Source: a virus
Lineage: Duplodnaviria > Heunggongvirae > Uroviricota > Caudoviricetes
Direction: 5' to 3' (one strand)
DNA: 37,062 nt
Virus record (IMG/VR): IMGVR_UViG_2718218435_000004
Under the pieces are notes generated by a model, which did no database searches, was not told where the DNA came from, and saw only the letters and a list, made by a program, of their open reading frames with translations. The position numbers and the translations under genes are program-made. Shown piece after piece: positions 36,082 through 37,062 of this stretch; position 1 is the first letter of the stretch, and each line of letters begins with the position of its first letter.

Positions 36082-37062
36082 ATGTCAATTAAGAAGCTCG
36101 ATGATGGACGCTATGAAGTGGACATTAGACCTCGCGGTCGCGACGGAAAACGCATCCGCAGGAAATTTGAAAGAAAAGCTGAGGCTGTAGCATTTGAGCG
36201 ATACACAATCGCCTACGCCAGCCAGAAAGAATGGGCAGGTCAGCGAGCAGATCGCAGAACTTTGAGTGAGTTGCTGAACATCTGGTGGAAATATCACGGG
36301 CAAAACCACGAGCATGGAACAAAAGAGTTTAATCATCTGCTCAAAACCATCAGCGGCATAGGTGATATACCAGTGAGCCGGATGAGCAAAAGAGCTTTGA
36401 TGGATTATCGTTCCATGCGACTACGTGATGGTATCAGTGCCGCAACGATAAACCGTGACATGTACCGATTATCCGGCATGTTCACAAAATTAATTCAATT
36501 GGATGAATTTTCCGGGCAACACCCAATTCACGGACTGCCGCCACTGGCGGAGGCCAACCCTGAAATGACGTTCCTGGAAAAAGCAGAAATCGAAAAACTG
36601 TTAAATGTTTTGGATGGTGATGACTTACTTGTCGCACTTTTATGTCTGAGCACTGGAGGAAGATGGACGGAAGTTGCCACGCTAAAACCAGCACAGATTA
36701 CAAATTGCAGGGTTACCTTCCTGAAAACCAAAAACGGTAAAAAGCGAACCGTGCCGATTTCTGAGGAACTGGAGAAAAAAGTTAAAGAGGAGGCCAGCGC
36801 TAAATTATTCAAAGTTGATTATGAGAAGTTTTGCGGGATTTTACGCAGAGTGAAGCCAGATATACCACCCAATCAGGCAACCCACATCCTGCGGCATACA
36901 TTCGCAAGCCATTTCATGATGAATGGGGGCAATATAATCGCACTGCAACAGATTCTGGGACATGCGAGCATTCAGCAGACGATGGCCTATGCGCACCTTG
37001 CGCCTGACTACCTGCAAAATGCCGTCGCGCTGAATCCTCTAAAAGGCGGAGTGACGTTATAA
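36082..37062 (+). CDS. int: Tyrosine integrase
   Basis: Internal ATG with a GAGGG Shine-Dalgarno gives MSIKKLDDGRYEVDIRPRGRDGKRIRRKF..., collinear with the P2 Int N-terminus (MAIKKLDDGRYEVD...); C-terminal catalytic region with R...HxLRH...Y (ATHILRHTFASHF, MAYAHL). Stop codon at the window end. Confidence 0.9.
   Translation: MSIKKLDDGRYEVDIRPRGRDGKRIRRKFERKAEAVAFERYTIAYASQKEWAGQRADRRTLSELLNIWWKYHGQNHEHGTKEFNHLLKTISGIGDIPVSRMSKRALMDYRSMRLRDGISAATINRDMYRLSGMFTKLIQLDEFSGQHPIHGLPPLAEANPEMTFLEKAEIEKLLNVLDGDDLLVALLCLSTGGRWTEVATLKPAQITNCRVTFLKTKNGKKRTVPISEELEKKVKEEASAKLFKVDYEKFCGILRRVKPDIPPNQATHILRHTFASHFMMNGGNIIALQQILGHASIQQTMAYAHLAPDYLQNAVALNPLKGGVTL

Noticed and set aside
1-37062. Search for tRNA genes, rRNA and CRISPR arrays
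   Set aside because: No tRNA-like cloverleaf candidate was seen in the only host-side intergenic region (904..1139), and no direct-repeat/spacer array anywhere; the repeats present are the IS ends and operator-like repeats.

Overview
This window is almost entirely a P2-like (Peduovirus-type) temperate prophage of about 36 kb, integrated next to the enterobacterial host gene fieF (1..903, - strand). Reading left to right: host fieF; a junction with two hairpins (presumed attR side); ogr; tail genes D-U-T-E/E'-FII-FI; a cargo gene in the Z/fun slot; G-H tail fibre; baseplate I-J-W-V; a divergent AT-rich membrane-protein gene in the orf30 slot; S-R tail completion; the lysis cassette lysC/lysB/lysA/K/Y; an intact IS21-family element (istA/istB) inserted between X and Y; head/packaging genes L-M-N-O and divergent P-Q; the cos site; an AT-rich three-gene cargo island (Dam-like MTase convergent with a ParB-like + unknown operon) where P2 carries tin/old; then replication gene A, small early ORFs, B, cox, the C repressor and int at the right edge. 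attL lies beyond the window. Most backbone proteins were recognised by recall of P2 protein sequences and lengths; no searches were run. The best candidates for an undescribed system are the three-gene cos-proximal island, the 299-aa protein in the Z/fun slot and the 261-aa membrane protein in the orf30 slot. Gene ends follow the ORF track (stop codon included); coordinates I read by hand (IS ends, cos, repeats) may be off by 1-3 bp. No tRNA, rRNA or CRISPR array was seen.
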